Positions 17,912 to 30,371 of a DNA stretch of 64,000 nucleotides are shown in pieces (the stretch's first letter is position 1; every line of letters starts with the position of its first letter). The translations under genes and the position numbers were made by a program. The DNA is from Takakia lepidozioides (taxonomy: Eukaryota; Plantae; Bryophyta). The stretch is taken from contig CM060733.1 in NCBI GenBank assembly GCA_030704615.1, positions 27,156,001 through 27,220,000 on the forward strand, given 5' to 3'. Under the pieces are notes generated by a model. That model did no database searches. It was not told the origin of the DNA and saw nothing but the letters and a program-made list of their open reading frames with translations.

Positions 17912-18364
17912 ATGAAGGCAATCCCAGGGAGTACCGCGGGCGTGGTGGCGCTGCTGTTGGCAACGATGGCGATCAGCGCTGTGGTGGGTGTAGTAGAGAT
18001 TCAGATCGAGGACGGAGTGTTACCCGGGCTGCCCGGTGCTAATCCTGACCCATCGGAGGTGCGAGTTCAATGTGTTTCTGAGACTCTGGGGGATCTCAAA
18101 GGTATCACAAATCTCACCTCCGGCCAGATTTACACCTTGACGTTTAATATCGACTATAATCACCCGCCATCGTGGACGTGCAACTTTGTGTGGAAGACGC
18201 ATACGGCTCATTTCCTTTTGTGGCAGAACTCGTATATTGTTGGAGTCATTACGGATCCGATAATATGTGACACATGCATCTGGAAAGTCATGCCCTCTGG
18301 GTTCTGGTGGAAGGACACTACACTCGGAAAGCCCTACACATTTTACAGAGGTTGGGATGATTAA
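17912..18364 (+). CDS. Secreted S-protein homologue (SPH, plant self-incompatibility S1 family), 150 aa, intronless
   Basis: Signal peptide; V.VQC.S...DL; G..Y...F; W.C.F.W; C..C.W.V...G; terminal W. Four conserved Cys. Confidence 0.8.
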   Translation: MKAIPGSTAGVVALLLATMAISAVVGVVEIQIEDGVLPGLPGANPDPSEVRVQCVSETLGDLKGITNLTSGQIYTLTFNIDYNHPPSWTCNFVWKTHTAHFLLWQNSYIVGVITDPIICDTCIWKVMPSGFWWKDTTLGKPYTFYRGWDD

Positions 18365-21300
18365 GGCTTGGAAAGGTGAATTATTTCTCATCAGCAGCTT
18401 AGTTTCAGGTATCTTCTTATGACCTGCTGTTGATTGACGTTTGTTTCTCAGTGGCAGATCTCAAATACATACCTTCAATGAAAGTATGATCTAGATCGAC
18501 CGTGAAACTAATGTGTTTATAACCACCTAAGCGGAATATTCAGATCATTGAAACCCTGCATCGATCGATTAGTGCTTTGTTTATGGATCGCATGTTGTGG
18601 TCTTCTGTGCAGCAGAGACTGATGGGGAGCTCGTTCCAATAGCAACTGCCCTAAATTCAGAAAATGTGAACTGTCGTGACGGTAGGCATGGCAAAGCTAC
18701 TGCGGTGTACGTTTGATGCTTTCAATATAGTCTTATAGAATTAGGAGCAGCCCTACTATTATTGATGGACCGTCTCCTTGGAATTGTCACGGTTGTGCAC
18801 AGAAGTGTTCGCCACATCGATTCTATTCATGTTTGAGCACTTGTACTATTCCCTTGCTGCATGATCCCCTTGTGATGTTGTTGTGCATTATCCCCTTGTG
18901 TCTCTATCAAGTGACATATACATACCAGAAATTATCTGGAGCCCATTAGAGATTGAGTTTTATGTTGCCACATGTCCCTGCATTCAATGAATTGATAATA
19001 GAACTTTAGGTGGATGAATTTCAAGCCTCGGACCATAGTGCGGGGAGCCATGGGTTTTAGCCTTGTTTCGCATGTGGATTGCTGATTCTATCAATTGACC
19101 ATACAGACTGCTCATGTTCGACCTCATTTCGACTTGAGAACTTGACCTTTGAAACTCCCTTGGAGGTATGTATTATACATATAGCTCTAGAGAAGAAACT
19201 TGTAGTTAACAAAGTGTCAACTGGTCTCACATGTGGCTCTGAAATGAACTCTCCCATTGAAGTGCCGTTGAACTACTCATCACAGAAGTGCGCGTTCTAT
19301 TTTCAGTGAACTAGTTAGTCTGCAAGTCGGGAATCTCATGATAACTCTCGAGGAAGGCCTACCGAGAATCTTACAGGTCCACCGGCCCTCATGTGTTGAC
19401 CCCTCGTAATTGACGGCCTTTCCACAAATTAGTAGGTGTAGATGCAGTACAGTTTGTACAATTCATTATCCATATATAGAAAAGGGCAAGCTCAGTGAAA
19501 CCAATCGCTCTGGAGCTGTGGACCCAGAGCCGACAATCACTCCTGCAGACTGGCATGTACTCTAGCCACACGCTAGACATCTCGAAGGGTGGCAAAAGAA
19601 AAAAGTTGGCCCGGTCAAATGGAATGGCCTGTGAAAGAAAATTGGCAACGGATATACATGTATTCTTCTTCAACGTGCAGTCAGATAGGGATGCCCATAT
19701 GACCCCCTCAAGTGCTTAAATTCGTCTTAATAAGTGATTATACCCTGGGCTACATGCAAAACCAAGGAGTGAGCACATCATAGGATTACCGAGGAACCCC
19801 CTTCCCATGAAAGCTTCAACGCTAAAATGCTTAGACGTGATACTTTCGTGATGCTGCATGTAATAGCTTAAAACTTGGAACGGTCTGGATACGACTACGA
19901 TCCTCCGCACAGCTACGAAGGATCACAGTGAACTGGGCAATAGCAATTTACATAGTTGGCCCAAGGAGATTAATCAATGTCTGATGTACGTGTCCAGAAC
20001 CCTCGGGCCAAGTAAGCTAATTTGTGTGTGTAAGTTTCACAAGTCCAGGCCCAAATCGCTCATGCAGGGAGTCGTAAGGCTACAACTGAAAGGGTATGTT
20101 AATTCTGATTAGAAGGTTTGTTGGTTAGACCCAGTTGTCCAGACTTCATGAATATGAAGGCATCGAGATCACCATGGCTGGTCATAGCGGCCTGGCAGCA
20201 AATCAAGTGCTGATGGCGTGAATTCGGTGCCTCCACAAATATCAATGCGCATGGGCGCCTGCAGACCTTGGAAATACAAATTATCAAGGCTCCGATCAAA
20301 AATATTATGAATTTCCCTTGAGCAATTTGAAAGTGCTTGGTATTTTGGGCACAAGTCCGACCATATGGAAGCTAGTTGGAAGTCTGAAAGACCATATCAC
20401 ATAGAAGTAGGCCTTCTAGAAGGCTCCACGACAGCTGCTTGAGACACTATAAAGAGGGTAAGGGGTACATTTTACACGGTTTCTTCCACCTCCACCTCAC
20501 TATGGTGATTTGGAACCTAATTCATCTTGACCTTGAATTGTGTCCCGAGATGGATGGACAGAATATATATTCATATGACATCGTAATGGAATATATAACA
20601 AACTCTCTTGCAAATGTAATTTTGGGCCCAAAAATCATAGTCACATAGGCATCCTACAACATTATAATAAAAATATATGCTAACATATAATTCGTCACTC
20701 CGCATAGGTATAACACAAACTTTTACACCCTCTACCCTCCTCGGCATGCCCAACCAGTACTGGTGTGTTAAAAATGGTGCAGTATGCCACCTCATGCAAA
20801 CCTCTGGGCTGATTGATAGCAGTTAGCATGTGAAGATTCCTATAACTAGGAAATGGTAATGGTGACACAGATAAATAAGGAGAGATATCAGGGAAGTTAG
20901 GGTGACCAGTAGCGGTCACTCCTTGTATTTAATTGCTACTGCTTGCAACCAAATGTGTGCGCTCCTGTTACACAATCCAATGTGCCTTCTCATGCATTCT
21001 CTTCACACTCTTTCTCTTTTACCCGTTGCGTTACACTGTGGACATAAAGAATAAATTGTATATTCAACCTTTGAGGCTCCTTGAAGCCTTCTTGCTCTTA
21101 CTAGTCCTAGTTGCCACCAGCCCCAGCCAGCCTCTACCACGAACACCCCATAATGTCCCATAGTGATCAGCCTCCCCTACCACCTCTTTCCCCCTGCTAG
21201 TCCTTGTTGCCGGCCTCGCGTCCTCTTATATTAGTTAGTCCTCACTGCAAAGTTACTCGAGTACCGTGACTTCAACTAGCGAGGCACTACCTGATCTTAC

Positions 21301-22431
21301 CTCCATTCCACTAGCCTCTCTCCATTCTAGAACATTCGGTCCCTCCAGACGCCTTCGCCAGCCATACTAGCCAAGTGTGATGCACTCAGCCATGTGGGGC
21401 AACCAGCCACCCTAGGTCAGACAAGGTGCTAGACGGCATGGGGCTTTTATTTTACTTTTACTTTTAGATGTATTGGGGGTACATATTGGTAGGCTCTGCA
21501 TTCAAGCAGGTCCCTTACAAAAAGTAAATAATTTGAAAAGGTCTAAATCATCTTCAAATAAATAGAAATGGACATCAATATCCTTTATTGTGGGCTCAAA
21601 GTTACATGATTAAAAATATGATGCCTGAGAAGCGTAAATTATGTTGTCTCTTTAACACTAAAGGGCTACTGCCTTACAGCCGGAAGGTGGACACCTTTGT
21701 GACACCAATCCGTGGATCAAACCACAACCACTTCCGATGTGGCCACTAGGCTACAACTTGGTTGTCATCCAAGCAGAGTTGCACTCATGTTGGTGTCTGT
21801 GGATGTCCAAAGTGTACCCAACTATTTTTCTTTTTTTTCTCAGAGTCGATGGGTGCCAAATTCAAAACTTAAACCGAGCTTAGACCACACTTATGCCCCC
21901 ACTGCACTGCTAACACATGTTAGGTTAGTGCTAACTATTGCTAACTAGGAAATCACAAGTGCATGTTGGGCAGCATGCCTCATTCAATTAGAACCGGAAC
22001 CGACTGTTCTTTGTTTACATAAATAACCGCCCAATACTGGAAATCATTGCCGCACCAACCGGCTTTACATATTTTAGCTCTAACTATTGCTATCTACTCT
22101 CAAATAGTCATTCATAATTTGTGACAACTTTAGTAGTACCTCCCCTAGTGCTAAATCTAAACTGGCATGCCATTTTTGGGCACCTGCCGGCGCCATTTTC
22201 ACCATTTTTGCCAGATCACCTTTTTGCTTTCTCTTGCTCATTCTCTATAGTTCTCTTTGTGCTTCTATAGTTCTTTGTAGTTCCTTTTGGGTGTCACAGA
22301 CAAAGGAGGAACAATCAACGAGAATATCTTCCCTCTTACATATCCCTTACATTTGGGTCTCTATGGTTCTACTGCGTTATTCTACGTATACCCCTAAGGC
22401 CCTTGAGCCTCCCATGGGCTTAATATGTTTT

Positions 22432-24598
22432 TGTTAGAATCTAATCATTTTATAAACTCAGTGTGTAAGCATACAAGCGAAAGAGAGTTGAGACAGAATG
22501 GAAGCATTGTATTGAAGTCTCTGAATGAGCTAGCCTCATATATCAACAATTGTGTCTCTTGAGTATGAGATATCTACAATAGTGTCCCTTGAGTGTGAGA
22601 CATGAAAGGGTTTTTAACTATTAGACTTACCTTGTGGATGTTACTATCCTGCTAACACCCCTACTTAAGTCTAATGTCTGTTAGAATCTAATCATTCTAT
22701 AGACTCAGTGGCGTTGTATTGAAGTCTCTGAATGAACCTTATATATCTACAATAGTGTCTCGTGAGTATGTAACATGTCTCTTGAGTATGAGATATGAAA
22801 GAGTTTTCTAACTACTAGACGTACTATCCTAGTGGATATTACTATCCCACTAACACCCCACTTAAGTCTAATAATGTATATTAAAGATAAAGTCTACATT
22901 AACACTTCATTGTTACTTTTAACACTCGTGTCGTCATTTGTTGAGTTAAAGTCTTAAACTTTGGTACACCCCTCTGAGTTGTTCTTCATCTCCTCACTGT
23001 CACAGCTGCCTCGATGCTTCCACTCTTCTCCTTGTAGCACTGACTGCTTTCTGGGAATTGACTGTGGCATTAACTCCAAGAATTACACACTTGGATAAAT
23101 TGGCCGTTAGTAAGACTTACTTGAGGTAATAATGATATGTGATGTCTTATATACAAGACCTAAAATGAAAATTTACTAATATTTGGAGATACAATTTTTC
23201 AAAATAACTTGTATTCCTCTGGGACTTGTGCAAAGAAACTCTCAGTTTTGATCTTTCCAGAGGCTATATTTGCCAAGACCTGCCAGCACTCCTTTTTTAT
23301 GTGCCCCATCTTTTTGCAATAATTGCAAGGTCCTTTCCTCCTCTTACCATCTGGTGTATAGACGTCTGAGGGTTGATTGGGAGTTGGTGAGCTAATTCCA
23401 CTCCGCTGACCTTGGTTGCGAGGATAACTAGGTGATCCACCTTGAGATCCAGTTATCTGCCTATTGGATTCATACACCTGAATTCGTGTACAAGGAGTTA
23501 GTTTTGTAGGTACAGCCCCTTTAGTTTAGGTAGGTCTGTAGTTCAACGGAAGGGTCAATGATGTGACTCCATCTGTTGGAGATAAATCGTCATTCTTCCT
23601 TCTACGAATGTCGTCAGTCAATAATTTGGCTGCAACATCCTGAAGGGTTAAACCGGGTTGACTACTCAAGGTCATAATCATGGGCTGGTATGATTTTGGA
23701 AGACTACTTAAGAGTATCTCTATGTTGTCTTCATCTGAATATATGACCCCCACTAACGTTCTAAGAGAAGTCTAAATTCATGAATGTGAATTTTAATATC
23801 ACTCCCTTCTCTCAAACTGTAATTTACATATTGTTTTCTAAGATGACATTTATTCATCATGTCATTTGTATGATAAACTCTTTGTAATGCTACCCAATTC
23901 CCACTTGATGTGAGTGTAGAGGTCGCATGACCGAGACAAGTGTTTTTAACACTATCTATGATTATCAATTGTGTTGTCATCTCTCTATCTTCCCAGTTGA
24001 CTATGGAACCTACACCATTGCCGGGTGGATTTGTGACTCTTCCACCCTGGGGGGGTAAGTACTTGTGTCAGGTTTGATTTCAGTACCTATGACTAAATCC
24101 TCCAGTCTTTCTTTTTAAAAAGATAGGATAATCTAATCTTCCAGGTTTGATAGTTAGAACCATCTAATTTCTCTACGGTTCTATTAGTCGAGGAGGATGG
24201 CGTTATTGCACTTTTCTTAGGATTGACTCATCCTATAGAATTTTAGGACCTTATGTTTTCTGAAGGCATACATTTGCTATGGTTTAGCAAACTCATGATA
24301 GATATCTACGTTCAGTTTTAAACAAGTAGTCTTGTCCCATCTAATTGTTCTATGTTAGCCATCATAGTGGCTCTGATACCATGTTAGAATCTAATCAATC
24401 TATAGACTCATTGTGTAAGCATATAAATGAGAGAAAGTTGAGACAGAATGGAAGCGTTGTATTGAAGTCTCTGAATGAACCTTATATATCTACAATAGTG
24501 TTTCTTGAGTATGGGATATGTCTCTTGAGTATGAGATGTGAAAGAGTTTTTTAACTACTAGACTTACTATCCTAGTGGATGTTACTATCTCACTAACA
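22432..24598 (-). mobile_element. Non-autonomous gag-only Ty1/copia (TR-GAG-like) with three LTRs (22432-22657, 22679-22855, 24382-24598)
   Basis: TG...CA LTRs; TSD GTTTT at 22427-22431 and 24599-24603; PBS tRNA-iMet (gctctgatacca 24370-24381); PPT adjacent to both left LTRs. Confidence 0.9.
23199..24205 (-). pseudogene. Copia gag (UBN2-type plus CCHC knuckle), frameshifted
   Basis: EKLDGSNYQTWK; LLSSLPKSY; CNYCKKMGHIKKEC. No pol follows. Confidence 0.85.
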
Positions 24599-24952
24599 GT
24601 TTTGGTTCCAAAATTGAGATATTGAACTGAGATGAAGAAAACATGGGTTCACTCTTGTTGAGGCTTTTGGCTTGTTTGAGATCAGCAGCTCACTTGTTGA
24701 CAACACTGGGAGTCATGCTAGCAATGAGCACATGCTTCCGCGGACACTAGTAATATCTCCAATCCTTGCATGGAAGGTTCACTGCTCTACAATTGTTAGG
24801 TACATGCTCCAAAATGGTCTCCAACCAATTGCGCCCTGTAGTGGGTGGAGTAGGTGGATTTTGTCCCACCCTTGAGGCTTGAACTCCAACATGCACAAAC
24901 CAATGTTTAAGTGTGAGGAAGTCATGCAAATCCAGCGGCACCACTAAGCAAT

Positions 24953-26445
24953 AGAGAGAGAGAGAAGACTCCGGCCGAGGCCGGTGTAACTAGCAACTTC
25001 ACCTTGCAGCTACTGCCCCTTTTTGGGGGTGGGCCCTATAACAAAAAAGTGTCCGGGGGGCACCAGGTGACCGCTAAGAATAGAGGGGGCGAGGGTACCC
25101 CTAGGTACCCAGGGGTATCCTGGGGGACCTGAGGTGCGTTTGAAGTGTCGGATTCCAGTTGGCGTTTGTTGGTGATAATAGCTGTGAGTGAACGGAGTGC
25201 CGTGAGAGGGATTTCTTTGAAACATTTGTGGATGGGAAGAATGGAAATTTGGAAGTTATCGTGTATGTCCGTGATACTGGCGTTATGAATGCCATCTCGA
25301 GTGCCGGCTGTGATGACGGTTAACAGGCCGGTTTTCCAGCCACGCCTTAAGAGTGCAAGGATAAGCGGGGCATATTTTTGACGTTTTTCTAAGATTGAAT
25401 CGTTTGGATAACGATCATGGCAAAATGTGAATTCAATGAAATGGATGGTGAGTCGTGGGGATGGTGAGGTGGGGGGTAAAGTGTTGATAGGTAGACCTTG
25501 GACGAGGAGTATGTTCGGGCAAAGTCAAGCGGGGCACGAGCATGGTGATCGGGTACATATGCATGGTAGTAGCCATGGTGGTACTGTGTGGTCGGGTGGC
25601 CGTCCCTAGTAGGTGCTTGCATTCATGAGCGAGAACCAACGGGTTTCAGCACGTTTTAGAAAGAGCTTATGGAGGTGTCAGACTGCCTGGTTATGACGCG
25701 TGATATGCAAGCCATGTATAACTGGGTGTGTACATTGGCTGAGGAGATGTGGCCAAGTGTCACGAGCTTGGTGGGTGGTTGCACATAACGGGCAGTATGG
25801 GGATGGGAACAGATGTGGCCAGAAGATGTGTTTGCGTTGGTGGCCCATGTATTGGGCATATCGGAATTTGAGTGTTTGTCGGATTTGTGCGTCGGTGGTG
25901 GCTTTGGTTAGCCGAAATCTGATTATAGAGTTTATGGTGCAGAACATTAGATTGAGTCCATTTTTGGATGTGTACTTTGGTTTGGCTGATGGAGGTTACC
26001 GCTTGTTTATTTGCTTCTCTGGTTAGAGTGGTCAAGAGGTTTTGGACTGGTCTGGGTACAGGGGGGTCCGGAACGGGATGTATGAACCAAGGGATGGGTG
26101 TGGGCGATGTGAATAGGGTCGATCAAGGGTTCAACTATGGGTTGGGAGGCACCGAGTTGGGCGAGTAGGTCTGCTTCTTCATTACCATGGATGTCAGTAT
26201 GCGAACGGACTTTGAGTATATGGACTGGGTGGCCTAGGGAGATGGCCCTCTGGACAATAGTGGCAATGAGATTGCGGTCGGGGTGATGATGATGGGCAGA
26301 GGGGTGGGAGATGTGGTTGCGAATGAGGAATAGTGAGGTAAGGCTGTCGGTGAAGATGTAGTGTGTGGGGGGGGGGGGGGGGGGGGAGGTGTCAAGTAGA
26401 GAGAGGGCGTCATAAATGGCCATGAGCTCAGCTCGGAGGATGGTG
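24953..26445 (-). mobile_element. 5'-truncated non-LTR retrotransposon with RNase H, CCHC and restriction-like endonuclease (Dualen/RandI-like)
   Basis: AELMAI..IFTDSL..KVRSH..GNEEAD (RNase H); CPLC..HLL..C..RHN; degenerate RLE (PNILLVQG, IEFTFCHD); 3' hairpin ccggcc-tc-ggccgg and (CT)n tail. Confidence 0.75.
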
Positions 26446-26910
26446 GCAACAAATTATTAGGTTTGGAAGGTTGATATGCGAGAGGAAATGCCCTCAACAA
26501 CACATCATAACCAATGTTCTCAGAAAATGGTGGATGAATCAAATAGCTATGCAGATGAATGAATGAAGCAATATACGTAAACCTTTCCAACAACATATTG
26601 TTTGACCAGTAATCCCACAAGAACAAACCCCATCTTTGAAGTGGTGAAAGCAATTAACATCCCGTACAACAATTGCTCGGCCAACAATCTTTCAGATAAA
26701 CTTGGTGGCAGTGTGGCAGTCACCATAAGCCCCAAAGATTTTTTTATGACACAGAGAGGCGTCCCAAGGGCCATACTGATTAGCCCAAAACCAATGGCCA
26801 GCTTCTCACTATGGTGGCAAAGAGAAAGTTCATTTTGCTCCTCCCCCACATCATGCAAAACAATGTGTGTGTCAAGTATATACCCTACCTCCTTCATCTG
26901 GCCAGACAAC

Positions 26911-27157
26911 TGTTGGAAAACCATCGAGAAACCCAGATCACTAGTACGAGATCATCAGATGTTGAGGAATGAAGAAGAAGATATGAAATGATTCTACTGA
27001 TAGAAATATATACATGAGTCTCGATCCACTTCGGAAGGAAGTCTACTATTTTAATCTCCGCTGATATCTCTAGATAGTTACCACCGCTACCACCGTCATG
27101 CAGTGATAATGTTGCACCGCTAAACTAGTTGACGAGGAGGAAATCTGATATCTAACA
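26911..27157. mobile_element. Solo LTR (247 bp) inserted in the PPR E+/DYW region
   Basis: TGTTGG...CTAACA termini with 5-bp TSD ACAAC (26906-26910 and 27158-27162). Confidence 0.85.
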
Positions 27158-27963
27158 ACAACATTCTCAGCTCAGCATGGACTTCCTCAATTTTTGGAGT
27201 CATCTACAGCAAAGGTGTGCACCCTATTGCCAACCTCAACGGTGCAGCAACCTTGACCTTTTCTAACCCCTCTGACCTTCATCACTTCTCCACCTTCAAA
27301 CTGAGGCGTAGATGTTTGATAGTAACATATAAATTGCGGCATCATGTTCATTCCACTTGAGAATAGATGTCGCGCGTTTAGCCGTCTCCACATTGCAATG
27401 AATTTTGCGGGCACTAAGCAAGGCCCTCCACACCACAACATTTGGATTAATTGGCATTTTGTTAATGAAGTCCTCTGCCTCATCCAATCGCCCTACACTG
27501 CCAAGAAGGTCCACCATGTAGGCAAAGTGCTCCACTCCTGGAGTAATTCCATGATCTTTACTCATGGCAAAGTAGGATCTGTCTTCCACTAACATTTCTT
27601 CCATTAGTTGCAGGGCCTCCATATCACAACCATGCTAGGCATATCCTACGATAATCACGTTCCACAACACCACATCTCGTTCAGCTTTGATGACGTCACC
27701 ATGGACCTCTTTTGCCCTTTTCCAAAGCTGCCAATCTTGCGTGCACACGCATTGCAAACGCAAGCAAACATGATGTGGTTGGGTTTCACCCCTTCCCGCA
27801 TCATTTGCTCGTATGTCTCCAAAGAATTCATAACACACCGATGTTTCATAAAGCCTGCCATCATATATTACATGAGATCAAACCTCATTGAGGCATTTCA
27901 TTGAACACTTGGTGTGCATCCACAATGCTCCCACATTTAGCATACATGTTGATAAGGGTGATG

Positions 27964-27965
<2 letters not shown>

Positions 27966-28025
<60 letters not shown>
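27966..28025. repeat. (GA)30 microsatellite
   Basis: Perfect dinucleotide run inside the PPR pseudogene. Confidence 0.95.
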
Positions 28026-28028
<3 letters not shown>

Positions 28029-28296
28029 TACCTCTGGCACTATCCGATTGGTTCGATCAATGGCCTGAAAGGACCCAGCATTGCACAACCCCAAAAGAAG
28101 CATCACCTTTCACAGCCTTTAGCTACAAATCTCCGGAAACTATAGACCCACATACTGCTTTGCAATGATGACATAGAGATGACAAGATGCACAAGATATG
28201 TTTGTACTCTGAATTCTAACCTCGTCAACGTGACCAGCCATAAACACCTCCTAAATCTCTGTTACCATTCCAGCACAAAAGCAATATTATAGAACA

Positions 28297-28326
28297 AACC
28301 CTATTTTAACTAATTCTGGACTTTTG
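28297..28326 (+). repeat. Left TIR AACCCTATTTTAACTAATTCTGGACTTTTG
   Basis: Reverse complement of 51304-51333 at 29/30 positions. Confidence 0.9.
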
Positions 28327-28849
28327 GCTTAAATCCGGACCAAACTTAATATGTATTTGAATTCAAATTAATTCAAATTTTGTTAATAATATCTTGGATA
28401 GTAATGTGTGATTGAACTTTGTGAAATTACAAGTTTTGTCATACTTGCTTCAAAATGTAACATATAAGATGTCCATTTGACATTGAAGTGCTTGTGAAGT
28501 TGCAGTGTAACTCAACAATTCATTGAACGTCGATTGGGAAGTCGAATGATGTAATATTACATTATGTTACAATCACGATAAACAAATGTGTCGAATCGAA
28601 CATGGGATAGACTCATATTACTCTACCATACTTGATATAAGTTGATAGTAATTTTGATTGAATCTTCATGTTGACAAGCACAATATTCATAGACAATGCC
28701 ATTGGAATGATGTTTTGGGTGTGAGAAGGGTAGTAAAATATTAAAATAGCGTGAACATTAGGAAGATGACCTACTAGGGCAGTAAAATAAGGTTTGGGGT
28801 GTAACTAGATATATTAAGTGCAATAAGGTCCAAGTTTGTGGTGACTCGG

Positions 28850-29990
28850 AGAAGGGTTTAGGGTTTTAAAGGGTTTAGGATAGAAAGAGAGAAATAAATA
28901 TGGACGACTCTAAACCTCTGTAGAATGTAAAAATGTAAGGGGAATTTGATATCCATGTAATCATTCTATCATACGTTATCCAACTTGAAAATTAAAGAAA
29001 ACTTCAAGAGAATGATACAAATTTTACAAGAGATAACATGGTAGTACAATAAGGTTTGGAGTTTATTATAAGTAGGGTACTACACTAAGGTTTTGGGTAT
29101 ATGGTAAAAGTAATGGTTTAGGGTGCTAAGGGTCACGCTTAAGCTTGGGTAAAGGATTATTAAGGGAAGGGTAAAGGGAAGGGTAAGGGTTTAGGGTTTG
29201 GATTTAGGGTAGAAAGGGACAAACAAATATGGAAGACTCACACTTGGTAGTACAATATCTTGGTTTGGAGTGTAAGTAGGGTAGTTACACACTAACCTGG
29301 TTTTTGGTATGTTATGGTAAAGAGTACTAATGGTTTAGGGTAGTAAGTGTCAGGCTTAAGCTTAGGGTAAGGATTAAGGCCAGGGTAAAGGAAAGGGTAA
29401 GGGTTTAGGGTTTGGATTTAGGGTAGAAAGGGACAAACAAATATGGAAGACTCACATATGGTAGTACAATAACTTGGTTTGGAGTGTAAGTAGGGTAGTT
29501 ACACACTAACCTGGTTTTTGGTATATTATAGTAAGAGTACTAATGGTTTAGGGTAGTAAGTGTCAGGCTTAAGCTTAGGGTAAGGATTAAGGCCAGGGTA
29601 AAGGAATGGGTAAGGATATAGGGTTTGGATTTAGGGTAGTTCAAAGGGACAAACAAATATAGAAGACTCACACATGATAGTACAATAACTTGGTTTGGAG
29701 TGTAAGTAGGGTAGTACACTAACCTGATTTTTGGTATATGGTAAGAGTAATGGTTTAAGGTAGTAAGTGTCAGGCTTAATCTTAGGGTAAGGATTAAGGC
29801 CAGGGTAAGGGTTTAGGGTTGGATTTATGAGAGTACACAAAGGTTTTTGGTATATGGTAAGAGTAATAGTTTAGGGTACTAAGTGTCCGGCTTAAGCCTA
29901 TGGAAGGGTTAAGGGAAGGGTAAAACGAAGGGTAAGGATTTAGAGGTGATGGTAAAGGTATAAATGGACAAACAAATAGAGAAGACTCGC
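28850..29990 (+). repeat. Subterminal tandem array (~214-216-bp unit, ~4-5 degenerate copies) rich in TTTAGGG-like motifs
   Basis: Anchor gggacaaacaaatat recurs at 29216, 29430 and 29646, degenerate at ~28885 and ~29966; contains gggtttagggtttggatttaggg tracts. Confidence 0.85.
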
Positions 29991-30371
29991 ACTCACTAGA
30001 ACGAGACATTGCAAAAAAACATTTAGACCGGATTGGAAAAGAAGAATCCAGGGGTTGTGCCAGCATTTTTTTTTTTTGTGCATTGTCTGTTTTGTAAGCC
30101 AGAATCCCCCATGTCACGAATATATGTAGATGAACAGAATGTACAGCAGTGCAGAGTCCAACACGGCAGAAAGAAAATAGATGAACGTCCACTGCCCACT
30201 CGAGGTTCATTGCGACAGAAAAAGAAGACGGGAAGGATCACCCAAAGCAAACACGAAGGGAAAGAAGCGTAAAGAAATTTTTATATCTTAAAATGAAAGA
30301 CCGGAAATAACCTCAACATTTAGTCCATGGATGGAAAATGGTTCGCAAGAAGAAAACCTTCAGGTATCTGG

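Larger units (their letters stand above)
14819..18285. repeat. Left arm of an inverted segmental duplication (partner ~59935-63716)
   Basis: Reverse-complement similarity across the TAA exons and introns, the 3' flank (gatcaaagacgggtctgcttttgaagctc vs gagcttcaaaagcagatccgtccttgatc) and the SPH gene. Confidence 0.9.
26600..28100 (-). pseudogene. PLS-class PPR-E-DYW RNA-editing factor pseudogene
   Basis: MYAKCGS..A..VF; EHFA.MVDLLG..GRLDEA; VWRALL; HHSEKLAI; frameshifted CGDCH and FHHFKDG.CSC(G)DYW. Interrupted by a solo LTR and a (GA)n run. Confidence 0.9.

Noticed and set aside
20560-22210. Possible MITE-like sequence
   Set aside because: No convincing TIR pair or TSD could be delimited by eye.
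28850-29990. True telomere or chromosome-fusion scar
   Set aside because: The motifs are degenerate, embedded in a 215-bp unit, in a single orientation, and internal to a TE.
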